Shown: piece after piece, positions 45,437 to 56,038 of the stretch
Position numbering within the stretch: the stretch's first letter is position 1
Layout of the letters: the number at the start of each line of letters is the position of its first letter
Assembly: GCA_965240325.2 (NCBI GenBank)
Contig: OZ251254.1
Span: 186,001 to 250,000 of the forward strand
Direction: 5' to 3'
From: Rebecca billardiae RCC1528
Lineage: Eukaryota; Protista; Haptophyta
Length of the DNA stretch: 64,000 nt
Made by a program: the position numbers and the translations under genes
Notes under the pieces: model-generated
Databases searched by the model: none
The model's input: the letters and a program-made list of their open reading frames with translations, nothing else
What the model was told of the DNA's origin: nothing

Positions 45437-47872
45437 TCAGTGCAGCGGCGTGGGCAGCAGCACGCGCTCGCCCGCGTGCGGCTGTATCGTCTGCAGCGCG
45501 CCGCACAGCACGTCGCCCATCGCGCGGATCGTGAGCTCGAGCGCGGCGGCCGTCACCTCGTGCGCGCCCCAGCCGGGCGCAGCGGGGCAGGCGGGGGCGG
45601 CGCCGCGCAGGCTGGGCGCCGGACGGGGCTGCGCGCGCGGTCGCGCCTTGCCCGCCGCGGCGGGCGGCCCGCAGCCCGGCGCCCACGCGCGCGCCCACGC
45701 CCCCGGCCGCACCGCCGCGTGCAGCCGGAAGAGCGCCACGCCGTACCGCGCCGACACGACCGCCGCCGCCGTGCCCTCCGCCGACGGCGCCGCGGGCGCA
45801 GGCCCCGGGTAGGTGTGCGCGAGCAGCAGCGCCGCGTGCGGGTGCGCGGCGCGCACGTGTCGGACGATCGCCTCGAGGCGGCGCGCGAGCGGCAGCCAGC
45901 ACGGCCGGCCTGGGGGCGTCGGCTCGGAGCAGTTGGCACCGCCGGCGGCGGCGCCGTCGCCCGCGCCGCCCGCTGCGCCGGGCGGCGCGAGCGCCGCGGC
46001 GCTCGCGTCGACGAGGACGAGGGTGGGCATGGCGCGCGCCTCCCGCCCGTACCGCTCGAGCTGTGGCCGCACGGCGCGCAGCGCCACGTCCGCGCCGTCC
46101 GCGCCGTGCGCGCCGCCGGCGCCGAGCGGCTCGCGCGTGGCCAGGTTGGCCACGCGCACGCGCGGCGCGGGCGCGGCGGCGCGCGGCGCGCGCGGCCGCG
46201 GCGCGGCGCTCCGCGCGTTGAGCAGGCGGGCGAGGCGCGCGGGGTAGGCGCACGCGCTGCCGTTGCTCGGCGGCGCGCCGGCGCCGCCGGGGTCCGCGCA
46301 GCCCACGCCCGCCACCATCGGCCCGCCGAGCGCGACGAGCCGCAACGCCGCCCTCGCCGCGTCCCGCGCGGCCCCGCCCGCGCCCGCCGCCGCGGCGGCG
46401 CCCGCGCCGCCGCCGCCCTCGCCCGGCGCCAGAGGCGGGTGCGGCGGGTGCGGCGGCGCGCCGCCGTGCGCTCGGAGCCAGCGCAGCCACGCCAGCCGCA
46501 CCGGGCTGTTCATGCACTTGGCGCCCGGCGGGCCGGCGGGGAGCAGGGCGGCGAGGCGGTTGAGCCGCTCGGGCAGCAGCACGGCCTGCACCTCCGCGCC
46601 GCCCGGCAGCGGCCGCGGCCGCGCCGCCTCGAGCCCCGGCGGCGGCCGCTGGCCGCAGCCGCCCGCGCGCATGGGCGCGCCGCACGGGCACGGCGAGACT
46701 CCCGTGGTGGCCTCGATGTTGCGCAGGGCGCACGGCGGCGTGCGCAGCCGCTGCGGCGTGGCGCAGTCGAGCGCGGCGCCGCGCCCGCGCGCGTACGCCG
46801 CGCAGCTCCGGTGCGTCGCCCCGGGGCACGGCTCATGCGCCAGCGCCGGCAGGCACTCCGGCCAGCACGCCGGGCAGGCGGTCGCGCGCACGTTGGCGCG
46901 CACCTGGCTCGAGGGCGGCGCAAGTCTGAACAGCATGTGCCGGTTGATCTGGCGCGCGACGAGGCCGTTGGCGACGAGCCACTTGGAGAGCGGCACCTCG
47001 CCCTGGCACCGCGTCGACGCGGGCACGTGCATGTCGCCGAGGTTCGACCCCGCGCCGGCGAAGCACGTGTTGGAGCAGTTGAACGGCGCCCACACGCGCC
47101 ACGCGCCGTAGTACACCGCCGCCGCCTCCGCGCCCATCGCCGCGTACACGTCGTTGACGTACGTGGCGTTGGGCGCGTGGTACCGCCGGCCCCACTTGAC
47201 GACGAGCGTGCGCGGCGTGCCGCGCGCCGGGTCCGGCGCGCACATGTGCGCGTCCATCCGCGCGCGCACGAACAGCGACGTTTCCGGGAAGCTTCGCGCC
47301 GCCCACTCGTGCGCGCGCGCGGCCGCGAGCGTCTGCACGAGCGCGCGCGGGCTGTTGTCGCCGACGGGCGCGCAGGCGGGCGGCGCGGCCTCCTCGAACC
47401 ACGCGCGGCCGAGCACGAGCGCGCAGCGCGTGCCGTTCACCGCCGCGAGCAGCGCCGCCGCGCACGACTCGAACGAGAAGGGCAGGCGCTCGTTGCGCGC
47501 GCCGCCCGCCCAGAAGAAGTGGTCGGCGGGGAAGCGCCCCTTGGGGTAGTGCTGCAGCAGCGCGAGGAGCGAGCCGTGGCCGCGCACGCACTCCTCCACC
47601 GCGAGGCGCACGATCCGCGGCTCGCTGCACCCGCGCGGCAGCCCGGACATCACGAACGTCGCGCGCGAGCTCGGCGCGCCGTGCGTCAGGATGGCCGCCT
47701 CGCGCATGCGCAGGCCGGCGGCGTCGAGGACGCGCTGCATCGCGGCGGAGACGGGCGGGATGGGCGTGCGCTCCGCGGCGGGGAGCGCCCACGCGCCGCG
47801 CGGGCCGCCGCGCGCCGCCGCGCCGCAGGCGAGCAGCATCAGCCGCGCGAGCGCGCGCGGCCCAGGCGCCAT
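45437..47872 (-). CDS. Secreted protein with a GT-like N-terminal domain and a degenerate SGNH-like domain (paralog A)
   Basis: Signal peptide; FVRARMD; RLVALGGPMVAG..CAYPARL..VANLA. Homologous to the gene at 47980-51267. Confidence 0.7.
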   Translation of the reverse strand: MAPGPRALARLMLLACGAAARGGPRGAWALPAAERTPIPPVSAAMQRVLDAAGLRMREAAILTHGAPSSRATFVMSGLPRGCSEPRIVRLAVEECVRGHGSLLALLQHYPKGRFPADHFFWAGGARNERLPFSFESCAAALLAAVNGTRCALVLGRAWFEEAAPPACAPVGDNSPRALVQTLAAARAHEWAARSFPETSLFVRARMDAHMCAPDPARGTPRTLVVKWGRRYHAPNATYVNDVYAAMGAEAAAVYYGAWRVWAPFNCSNTCFAGAGSNLGDMHVPASTRCQGEVPLSKWLVANGLVARQINRHMLFRLAPPSSQVRANVRATACPACWPECLPALAHEPCPGATHRSCAAYARGRGAALDCATPQRLRTPPCALRNIEATTGVSPCPCGAPMRAGGCGQRPPPGLEAARPRPLPGGAEVQAVLLPERLNRLAALLPAGPPGAKCMNSPVRLAWLRWLRAHGGAPPHPPHPPLAPGEGGGGAGAAAAAGAGGAARDAARAALRLVALGGPMVAGVGCADPGGAGAPPSNGSACAYPARLARLLNARSAAPRPRAPRAAAPAPRVRVANLATREPLGAGGAHGADGADVALRAVRPQLERYGREARAMPTLVLVDASAAALAPPGAAGGAGDGAAAGGANCSEPTPPGRPCWLPLARRLEAIVRHVRAAHPHAALLLAHTYPGPAPAAPSAEGTAAAVVSARYGVALFRLHAAVRPGAWARAWAPGCGPPAAAGKARPRAQPRPAPSLRGAAPACPAAPGWGAHEVTAAALELTIRAMGDVLCGALQTIQPHAGERVLLPTPLH

Positions 47873-47979
47873 CGTTGCTGCTCGCGCCGCGCCAGAGGCC
47901 GCGCCGCGACCTTTGAATTTTGATGCGGGCCGGGCCGTGTTCCACGCGCGTGGATGAGAACTGGAGAGGCGTCGTCAGC

Positions 47980-50900
47980 ATGGCGGTGATGGCGGTGGCG
48001 CGCGCTGCGCTCGCGGCATCCCTCCTGGCCGCGGCGGCGAGCCAGCCGGACGCGCCGCCCACCCTGCCGCCCACCGTCGTGCCGGAGATGCTCGCCGTGC
48101 TGCGCGACGCCGGCCTCACGCTGCGCGAGCGCGTCGTCCTGCGCACCGCGCCGGGCGGCGGCGGCGACGGCGCCGTGCGCGCCGTGCGCGTCGTGTCCGG
48201 CCTGACGACGGGATGCGAGCGGCGCGTGGTGGCGTCGCTCGCGATGCAGCAGTGCGCCGCCGACCCGTCCGTCGGCGTCGTCGCGCTCCTGCAGCACTAC
48301 GAGCACGGGCGCGCGCCGTGGCCGGCGCGCGGCGCGCCGCCCAAGCGCTCGCCGCCGCCCGTCGCGGCGTGCGCCGGCGCGCTGGCGGCGGCGGCGAACG
48401 GCTCGTCGTGCGCGCTGCTCGTCGTGCACGCGAGCTTCGCGAACAGCTCGAGCCCGCCGCTGTGCGACGACCGCGGCCGCTCCTCCACGCGCGAGACGAT
48501 GGTGTCGACGCTCGCGGCCGCGCGCGCGCACGCGTGGGCGGCGCGCGCCTTCCCGCGCGCGGCGCTGTTCGTGCGCGCCGCGCTGGACGCGCACGCGTGC
48601 GTGCCGGACGCGGCGCGCGTGCGGCCGGGGACGCTGGTGCCCGAGCGGCTCGTCCGCTTCCCCGCGCGCGCCGCCGCGTTCACCACCGCGTACGCGGCGA
48701 TGGGCGCGGAGGCGGCGGCGGTGTACTACGGCGCGTGGCGCGTGTGGGCGCCGTTCAACTGCTCCAACACGTGCTTCGCCGGCGCGGGGTCGAACCTCGG
48801 CGACTTCGCGGTGGGGCCGGCGGCGGTGTGCGCGGAGGGCGTGCCGCTCTCCAAGTGGCTCCTCAGCCACCCCGCCATCCGCGCCACCCGCCACGTCGGC
48901 CGCGACCTCACCTTCAGAGCCAGCGCGCCCACGCCGGCCGCTGCCGCCGAGATCGCCCATCTCGCGTGCCCCGCGTGCTGGCCGGCCTGCCTCGCGCGCC
49001 CGCCGTCGGCGTGCCCGCGGCACCCGCTGTGCCGCGCGTACGCGCGGATCTCGGCGCGGCGCGCGCGCTGCGACAGCCCCTTCCGCGCCGGCTGCGTCCT
49101 GCTCAACCTCGAGGCCACCACCGGGCTCTCGCAGTGCGCGCTGTGCGCGCGCAACCTCACGGCCGCGCGGCTGCGCGCGCACGCGGACGCGGCGCGCGGC
49201 GAGGCGGGTTCGGCGGTGCCGCTGCGCGCGGAGGCGCCGGCGGGCGCGAGGCGCGGCGCGTGCGAGCTCGCGCCCAGCCCGCTCTTCGCGCGCCGCCCCG
49301 CGCTCCCCGCCGCCTTCGCCCAGACCGACGCCCTCGACCTCGGCCGGCTGGCGGCGGGCGCGGCGCTCAGCGCGCCGGCGGCCATGCTGGCGCCCGCGCA
49401 GCGGCGCGCGTGGACGGCCTTCCTCGCCGGCCTCGCGCGCGGCCGCGCGGCCGGCGCCGAGCCCGGGTTCGACGCGCGCCTCGTCGTGCTCGGCGGCTCG
49501 ATGCTCGCGGGCTCCGAGTGCGACGACGGCGTCTTCCCCAAGGGCAGCCCCAGCTGCGCGTACCCGCGCAGGCTGGCGGACGGGCTGGCGCTCAGCTTTG
49601 GGGCGGCGCGCGCGGCGGACGGCGCGGCGGCGGGCGGCGGCGGCGGCGGGCGGGTCGGCGGCGGCGGCGTGCGCGCGGCGGAGGGCGGCGGTGACGGCGG
49701 CGGCGTCGACGCTGCCGCCGCGCGCGGCGCCGTGCAGCTCGACGTGCTCAACCTCGCGGCGGGCGGCACCGCCACCACCTCCGTCCTCCCCTCCCTGCCC
49801 TCCCTGCTCGCACAGGCGAGCGACGACGCCGCCGCGGGCCTGCCCACTGCGGTACTGCTGGACTATTCGGTCAACGACGCAAACCTCGGCGCGGGCTCGG
49901 CGGAGGAGGGCGACCTGGGCCCGGCGGTGGAGGCGCTGCTCCGCTACCTGCTGCGCGCCCACCCGCACCTCGCGCTGCTCCTCTCCGAGACCTACCCCGC
50001 GCGCCACCCATGGATCTCAAACCCAGCGCCGGCCGCGTACAAGCGCGCGGCGGCGCACTACGGCGTGGCGCACTCGGTCTATGGGCGCGGCGTGCGCGCG
50101 TGGGGGCGCGCGTGGGGCGCGGGGTGCGGCGCGGTGCGGCCCGACGCGCACGCGCCGCGCACGCCCGCGGAGAACGCGCCGGGCGGCGACTGCCGCCACC
50201 ACCCCGCCTGGACCACCGAGCAGATGATCGCAGACACGCTCGTCCTCAGCCTGCTCGCGCTCGGCGATCAGCTCTGCGCTGGGGCGGCCGGCGGGGCGGC
50301 AGCGGCCGCGGCGGGGGCCGCGGGCGCGCAGCAGCCTGCCGCCGCCCAGCACAGCGCCCAGCCGGGCGCCGAGCACGCCGGCGCGCAGCGTGCGGCCCGG
50401 CCGGCCGCCGCCGCGTCGCCCGCCGCCGCGCCCGCCCCGGCCAGCAGCGCCGCGCCGCGCGAGCCCTCCGGCGCGCTGCCGCCGCCGCTGCACACGGCCG
50501 CGCAGCTCGCGCGCGTGCGCGTGTGCGAGCGGCCGACGACGCAGCACATCGCGCGCGCGGCGCACGCCGCGGCGGGGGGCGCGCCGCGCGCCGCCCCCGT
50601 GCCGCTGCTCCCAGCCGCCAGCCCCGCCCCCTCCGCCCCCACCGCCGCACCCGCCGTCACCGCCGTGCACGCGCGCGCCGGCCGCTGGGCGCTGTTCGAG
50701 GACCGCGCGGGAAAGCCGGGCTGGATCACATCGGGGCCCCTCGGCTCGCAGCTGGCCGTGCCCGTGCGCTTCGGCGCGCACCCGCGGCTGACGCTGTCCT
50801 ACCTGCAGGGGTACGACGAGGGCCTCGGCTTCGTCGAGCTCGCCTTCACGGACGTGCGCGCGCCCAGTCTCGACGCCGCGCGCCGCCGCGCGCCGGGCCG

Positions 50901-51267
50901 CGAGCCGCCCGCGCCGTGGGCGCGCAAGCGCGCACGCTTCTCCGCGCGCCGCGCTGACGGGCTGCGCGTGTCGCAGACGGCGGTGCTCTCGGTCGACGCC
51001 GCCGACCGCCGGCTGCAGAACTACGCGCACTCGCCCATCTGGTCGCCGCACTTCCACGGCGTGCTCGGCTTCGACATCCCGCCGCACGCCAACGCCACGC
51101 TGACAATCACGCTCGTGTGTGAGCCCGACCCGTCCGCGTGCGCGTGCGGCGGCGACGCGCAGGCCGGCGCGGGGTCGGCCGGGGGCGGGGGCGTGGAGGG
51201 GGCTGGGGCGGCGCCGCCTGTCGGGCGCGGCTGCAAGTTCAAGCTGATCGCGGTGGTCGCGTGCTAG
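47980..51267 (+). CDS. Secreted protein with a GT-like N-terminal domain and an SGNH hydrolase/acyltransferase domain (paralog B)
   Basis: Signal peptide. SGNH blocks LVVLGGSMLAG (I), NLAAGGT (II), LLDYSVND (III) and DCRHHP (V). C-terminal W..FEDRAGKPGWI..LSYLQGY..G..FKL beta-domain. Confidence 0.75.
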   Translation: MAVMAVARAALAASLLAAAASQPDAPPTLPPTVVPEMLAVLRDAGLTLRERVVLRTAPGGGGDGAVRAVRVVSGLTTGCERRVVASLAMQQCAADPSVGVVALLQHYEHGRAPWPARGAPPKRSPPPVAACAGALAAAANGSSCALLVVHASFANSSSPPLCDDRGRSSTRETMVSTLAAARAHAWAARAFPRAALFVRAALDAHACVPDAARVRPGTLVPERLVRFPARAAAFTTAYAAMGAEAAAVYYGAWRVWAPFNCSNTCFAGAGSNLGDFAVGPAAVCAEGVPLSKWLLSHPAIRATRHVGRDLTFRASAPTPAAAAEIAHLACPACWPACLARPPSACPRHPLCRAYARISARRARCDSPFRAGCVLLNLEATTGLSQCALCARNLTAARLRAHADAARGEAGSAVPLRAEAPAGARRGACELAPSPLFARRPALPAAFAQTDALDLGRLAAGAALSAPAAMLAPAQRRAWTAFLAGLARGRAAGAEPGFDARLVVLGGSMLAGSECDDGVFPKGSPSCAYPRRLADGLALSFGAARAADGAAAGGGGGGRVGGGGVRAAEGGGDGGGVDAAAARGAVQLDVLNLAAGGTATTSVLPSLPSLLAQASDDAAAGLPTAVLLDYSVNDANLGAGSAEEGDLGPAVEALLRYLLRAHPHLALLLSETYPARHPWISNPAPAAYKRAAAHYGVAHSVYGRGVRAWGRAWGAGCGAVRPDAHAPRTPAENAPGGDCRHHPAWTTEQMIADTLVLSLLALGDQLCAGAAGGAAAAAAGAAGAQQPAAAQHSAQPGAEHAGAQRAARPAAAASPAAAPAPASSAAPREPSGALPPPLHTAAQLARVRVCERPTTQHIARAAHAAAGGAPRAAPVPLLPAASPAPSAPTAAPAVTAVHARAGRWALFEDRAGKPGWITSGPLGSQLAVPVRFGAHPRLTLSYLQGYDEGLGFVELAFTDVRAPSLDAARRRAPGREPPAPWARKRARFSARRADGLRVSQTAVLSVDAADRRLQNYAHSPIWSPHFHGVLGFDIPPHANATLTITLVCEPDPSACACGGDAQAGAGSAGGGGVEGAGAAPPVGRGCKFKLIAVVAC

Positions 51268-51444
51268 CGCCGATGGCCGTCTCCGGCCCGGGCGCCACGG
51301 GGCGACGCGAGCGCATCAGCGCCCATCTGCCGCGCGGCCGCGCCAGCCGCCATGCTGCATGCCAGCAGCAGCAGCATTGATATATGGCGGCAAAATAATA
51401 TAATGATGATGCGCGACTGCTCGTCTGACGACGACTACTGTACT

Positions 51445-51480
<36 letters not shown>
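51445..51480. repeat. (AG)n microsatellite
   Basis: Direct reading, one interruption. Confidence 0.9.
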
Positions 51481-51650
51481 CGCTGCTAACGACGCGTATG
51501 CCGCCGTGCGCCGCCTGATGGATTCAGTGCGGTTCCGGCTGACGACGACCCGGGTAATGCGCCGCTCCGACGCGCGGCGCCGCGGCGCCGATCCCGTTTA
51601 GCGCACATATATTCTAGCCATTTTGGGCTGGCCGCGCAGCCGCAACCCGG

Positions 51651-52121
51651 CTATGCCGACGGCGGTGTCGGCGTAACCGATCCGCCCGCCTCCGCAGGCG
51701 CAGCGTCGGCCGCCTCCCCCGAGACTGGCGGCTGTGATGCCGTCGCCGTCATGGAGGACGCAGACGCGGCCGTCGCCGACGCGGCCATGCTCGCGAGCTT
51801 GAGGGTGCTCGCCGAGGCGGGCGTGCGCGGGGGGGCGGCGTCCGCGGCGAGGTTGTACGGCATGAACGCGATCCGGCCGAGCACGTCCAGCAGGACGCCC
51901 TGCCGCGTCTTCTTGATCACGCGCGCGTACACCTCCTGTTGCTCGTCCATGGCGGTCTTGAGCAGCCGCCACGTCGCCTGCTCCTGGGACTCGTCGTCGC
52001 TGTCGACGAGGCGGCCCAGCGGCGTGCGCGGGAGGCCCTCGGCGTCGAGGAGCCTGAACTTCACCACCCGCCGGCCCCCCGTGGAGAGCCACCGCGACGG
52101 CGCGCCGATGAGCCGCATCAT
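51651..52121 (-). CDS. Small protein with a partial S1/OB-fold (ribosomal protein S1-like), possibly mitochondrial
   Basis: Arg-rich presequence MMRLIGAPSRWLST. TWRLLKTAMDEQQEVYARVIKKTRQGVLLDVLGRIAFMPYN resembles an rS1 S1 repeat. Confidence 0.55.
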   Translation of the reverse strand: MMRLIGAPSRWLSTGGRRVVKFRLLDAEGLPRTPLGRLVDSDDESQEQATWRLLKTAMDEQQEVYARVIKKTRQGVLLDVLGRIAFMPYNLAADAAPPRTPASASTLKLASMAASATAASASSMTATASQPPVSGEAADAAPAEAGGSVTPTPPSA

Positions 52122-52209
52122 CCGCGGCACGCGACGACGATGGCGGCTCTGGCCAGCCAAGCTCAAAGCTCCCTGCCTCGACGCCCGCCGTCACAACGAG
52201 GCGCGCAAG

Positions 52210-53034
52210 ATGGCGTGCCTCTCGCGGGCGCCGATCGTGAGATGGGCGCTGCTGGCGCTGGCCGCCGCGCTGGCGGCGCGCACCGCGGCGGACGGGCAGT
52301 GCCCGGCGCTCACCGCGCCGTCGAGCACGCCCATCCTCGAGATCCTCGAGCCGATCTGCGCCACGGGCGAGGGCTGCTCGGACGACGGCGGCGAGGTCGA
52401 CGAGAGCTGCTACGACTGCTCTCTCGTGCCGTACATGATCGACGAGCTGATCACCGACCGCGCCGAGTCGGGCGAGGACACGAGCGTGCTGCGCAACGCG
52501 CAGAAGGTCCTCGCCTTCATGTGCAACCCGTGCATCCAGCCCATCTTCCCGCAGCTCATCCGGATGGACCTGCCCGACGCGCCGCCCATCCCGCCCGCCG
52601 CCGCCTACGAATCGGCGTGCCAGTCGCCAAAGTGCCTGAACGAGTACCACGTGGTCGCCGCGGCGTTCAACGCGTCGTCGCGCGGGCGGACGCTCTCCGA
52701 CTTCCACCGCCTCCACGCCGCGTGCGAGGCGCACAAGCTCGACAAGCTCGCGGTCGCGCGCGCGGTGACCACTCTGCTGCAGTCGGTGGGCACGGGGGAG
52801 CAGCTCGGCGGGATGCTGGCGGCGGAGGGCGCGGCGAGGGCGGCGGCGGGGCGGGCGCGGCGGGGCGGGGCGGGGCGCGCGGCGCGCGTAGGCCTCGCGT
52901 GCGCCGCGCTGGCCCTCGCCGCCGCCGTGCTGAGCGCCGTGCGACCGCGGCGGCGCCCGCCGGCGACCGCGGCGGGCGCCGCCTGCGCGCCAGCGGGCGG
53001 CGGCTGGCGGCCCGCAGTCGCCGCCCTCGAATGA
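52210..53034 (+). CDS. Secreted or surface-anchored Cys-rich protein
   Basis: Signal peptide WALLALAAALAART, a Cys-rich body, and a hydrophobic C-terminal segment VGLACAALALAAAVLSAV. Confidence 0.7.
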   Translation: MACLSRAPIVRWALLALAAALAARTAADGQCPALTAPSSTPILEILEPICATGEGCSDDGGEVDESCYDCSLVPYMIDELITDRAESGEDTSVLRNAQKVLAFMCNPCIQPIFPQLIRMDLPDAPPIPPAAAYESACQSPKCLNEYHVVAAAFNASSRGRTLSDFHRLHAACEAHKLDKLAVARAVTTLLQSVGTGEQLGGMLAAEGAARAAAGRARRGGAGRAARVGLACAALALAAAVLSAVRPRRRPPATAAGAACAPAGGGWRPAVAALE

Positions 53035-53879
53035 CGCGGGGACGCGGCGTTGAGGCGTGGCGGCGTATGCGCGCGCCACGCTCTGCGGCTGCGCGCCGCC
53101 CACGACCGACGAGCCCTTGGCGCCGCCAGGGCGCTCGCGCGGCGGCGGCGCGCCGCGCTCTCAGACTGAGACCGGCAGCGGCGGCATCCGCAGCTGGGCA
53201 AGGCCCTGGGCAAGGCCCAAGGCCAGGGCTCCGCGTGAACGCCAACCCGACTGCCGTGCTCTCGACGGCGGTCGCGGGGCGCCGGCCGCCTCCAGGCAAG
53301 TGGCGATCTGCCCGCGTACGGCACACGGCGCGGCCGGCGCAGGCACCGCGGAGTAGCCCCCGGACAGCGCGCGACTCGCCGCGATCCGAGGCACGCCGCC
53401 GCCGCCGCCGCAGCGCCCGGCCGCCGGCGCGTCCCAGCTCCCTCCCACTCGATATCCGCTACTCGCTAGACAGCACCTGCGCCCTCTGCCTGCCCGCCGA
53501 CACGCTCACGCCCCGCTCTCGATCCGGATATTCGCATCGATCGGAGACTGCTTGCAATAGGATTCACCCCGGAGGTGCATCGTCTTAGAATAATCGCGCC
53601 CGTTACGTACGCGGCTTAGTTTAGCTAGCAGTCGCGCCGCTCGTCGTCGTTACCGCGAATATTTGGTTATGCTGATGACGACGACGACTATGGGGCCAAT
53701 GGGGGTACGACTACGATGAATAATTACTATACGGCAATTACAAAAGTGCTGATGAAACGACATTGCATGTCACATTACGACTATACTTTACTAGCGACGA
53801 GTTGCGTTCATCAATCGCCCGATCGTCGGCCCGTCCAAATCAAATCGCCCGCGCGCGGCGCTGCCGGCCTCTAGCCGTC

Positions 53880-54781
53880 GGGGATGGAGTGGTCGCCAAG
53901 CGCGCGCTCACCGGCTTCATTGCGCTGGTCGTCGGCGTCGCAGCGCTCTATGCCGTCGCCGTGGGGATGTGCACGCGTCACTCACCGCCCTGTCGCCGGG
54001 CGCGCGAGGCCGACGAGGCGTTGGCGGGCGGAGTGGAGGGCGGCAAGGTGCTCTTGAGCTCTCCCACGCTTGGCGCCGGCGAAAGGACCCGGATGGCGTC
54101 CGAGAACGAATGCGCGCAGCGCTGCGGCTCGGAGCGCGGTTTCGAGCGCGTGACTGGCTTCGTGTACTACACCGACGAGATCGGTCGAGATTTCGACGAG
54201 TACAAGCGCGTGGTCCATCGCGTGTGCAAGAAGCCGCAGAGCATCGCGATGCTCGCGGTCTCAGAGCATGACGAGTTTGAGACGGTTGGCGTCTGTTGTT
54301 GCGCAAGCCCGGTCAAAGAGATCGGCGAGCACCCGCACTATCCAATTGTCCCGCCCAAGATCAGCTGCGACGACTTCTGCGCTGCTGGCGGCCACGGGCG
54401 GGGCGTCATCATCGGCACCGCGCCCGCGTGCGAGGGCTCGTGCCACGACGACTGCCGCCCACGGGCACTGCTTCTGCGTGGGGGCGGGCGACGGCACTAG
54501 TTTGGGCTCAAGGACTTTGGCAGCGAGTGCACCAGTGGCGACAAGGTCTGCTGCTGTGCGCACCACGGGTCGCGAGAGCCGGACTACTCGGCGCGCCACG
54601 GGCTCACGTGCGCCTCCTTCTGCAAGAGCGCGGGGTACCCGCGCTCCAAGCTCGACGGCACGGCCCCGGCCGGTGCGAGGGCGAGTGCTACAAGCACGCC
54701 AAGCAGTGCGTCACAGCCAACGACCACTTTACGGACCTTGGCGAGCAGTGCTGGAGCGGCGACAAGATCTGCAACTGCTAG
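53880..54781 (+). pseudogene. Disrupted membrane-anchored Cys-rich gene with two GTAP-C-x-G-x-C...C-x-SGDK-x-C-x-C modules
   Basis: TM ALTGFIALVVGVAALYAVAVG has no nearby in-frame ATG. Module 1 GTAPACEGSC..CTSGDKVCCC is interrupted by an in-frame TAG at 54498-54500. Module 2 GTAP/CEGEC..CWSGDKICNC needs a frameshift at ~54670. Confidence 0.6.
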
Positions 54782-54962
54782 TCGTGAAGACGGACGTCGG
54801 CACGGGCCGCGCGCACTGACAGGGCGCCCGGGCGGCGGCACGCCGGGGCCGCGGGCCGCAGACTGGCCGCCGAGTCGGCCGAGCCTGCGTAGGGCTCCGT
54901 GATCGGCCTGTGGCAGCTGAGTGGCATCGAGTGGCCGTCGGTGATCGGCATGTGCGCACCTA

Positions 54963-56038
54963 CAGGTGGATACGGGCTAACTGGACACAGGGGCTATCTG
55001 GAGTCTGGACACTCAGCGGGCGGCGGGCCTCGTGGCGAGGGCTCGTGGGCGAACGAGCACGAGCGCCCACTGGCGGGTCGCCACGACGGCGCACGATGTT
55101 CGCTGAACTCACCTGGTCGTCAGACGTCGTCTGCGCACGCGCCAGGTCGCGCTTCTCGCCGCCTTCGCCTTGTTTCGTGAGTCCCGCGCACAAGGGCGAA
55201 CGCCAGCGTTTCAAGCCGCAAGGCGCGTGCGCGGACTCAGGAAGGGCGGACTCCGAGGCAAGGCGCGGTTGCGCTGGCGTGGGTAGGTCCCAGAGCAACC
55301 GTCCGAGCCGCTGCACACGCTTTTCCTCCGCGCGCGCGTCTCTGAGCTCGATTCCCATGCCTCAGCCAGTGCCAGGGGCTAATTGGACAGTGCCTGATTG
55401 CGGGCCGCCACGCGCGGAGACGCCAGACGGGCCCGCAGCGCAGAAAGCCGAAGCTAGTGGGGTCAGAGCTCCGACCGTTACACTCTCGGGTGCCACAATC
55501 TCCCGAAATCTCTTAGCATGAACTATCGTCACACGGGTATATTTACTTGGACGAACTAGTTAGTAGGCGTTAAGGCTTAATTCCAGGGTGTAGAATCCGC
55601 CTGTGCCAATTTCAGACTGCCATTGTGAAATGTGATGATCTAGACGGTGCGATTCTGGTGCAAATAGCGAGATCACCTTGGAGATCGTGTATCTCCCCTA
55701 CTAATGTTGCCGAGATCGCGTCGAGATTGAGGTCGTATATCTCCAGTATGTGACATTTTTTCGCAAAACTTGTCAGCGTGACCCCAGCTCATTTCAGGCG
55801 AATATTGACATCCCGAAGTTTGAGAGCCTCATCTTACAAGACGACAGGTGAGTTGGATTTTGGGCAACGCACCCCCCAGTGGGGCTCTGACCCCGCTCTA
55901 AGCCGAAGCGCGCTGCGGCGGAACTCCAGGGACCCCCTGAAGTCCATCCCTGGCGCCCCTTCCGGACCCCAATGCTCCTGCAGGGAGGCCTCCGCGTGAG
56001 TTGGGTCGGCCACTGTCCAGATCACCCGTATCCACCTG
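54963..56038. mobile_element. Non-autonomous Tc1/mariner-type element (1076 bp) with TIRs and TA target duplication
   Basis: TA|CAGGTGGATACGGGctaaCTGGACA ... TGTCCAGatcaCCCGTATCCACCTG|TA. No transposase ORF. Interior is more AT-rich. Confidence 0.8.
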
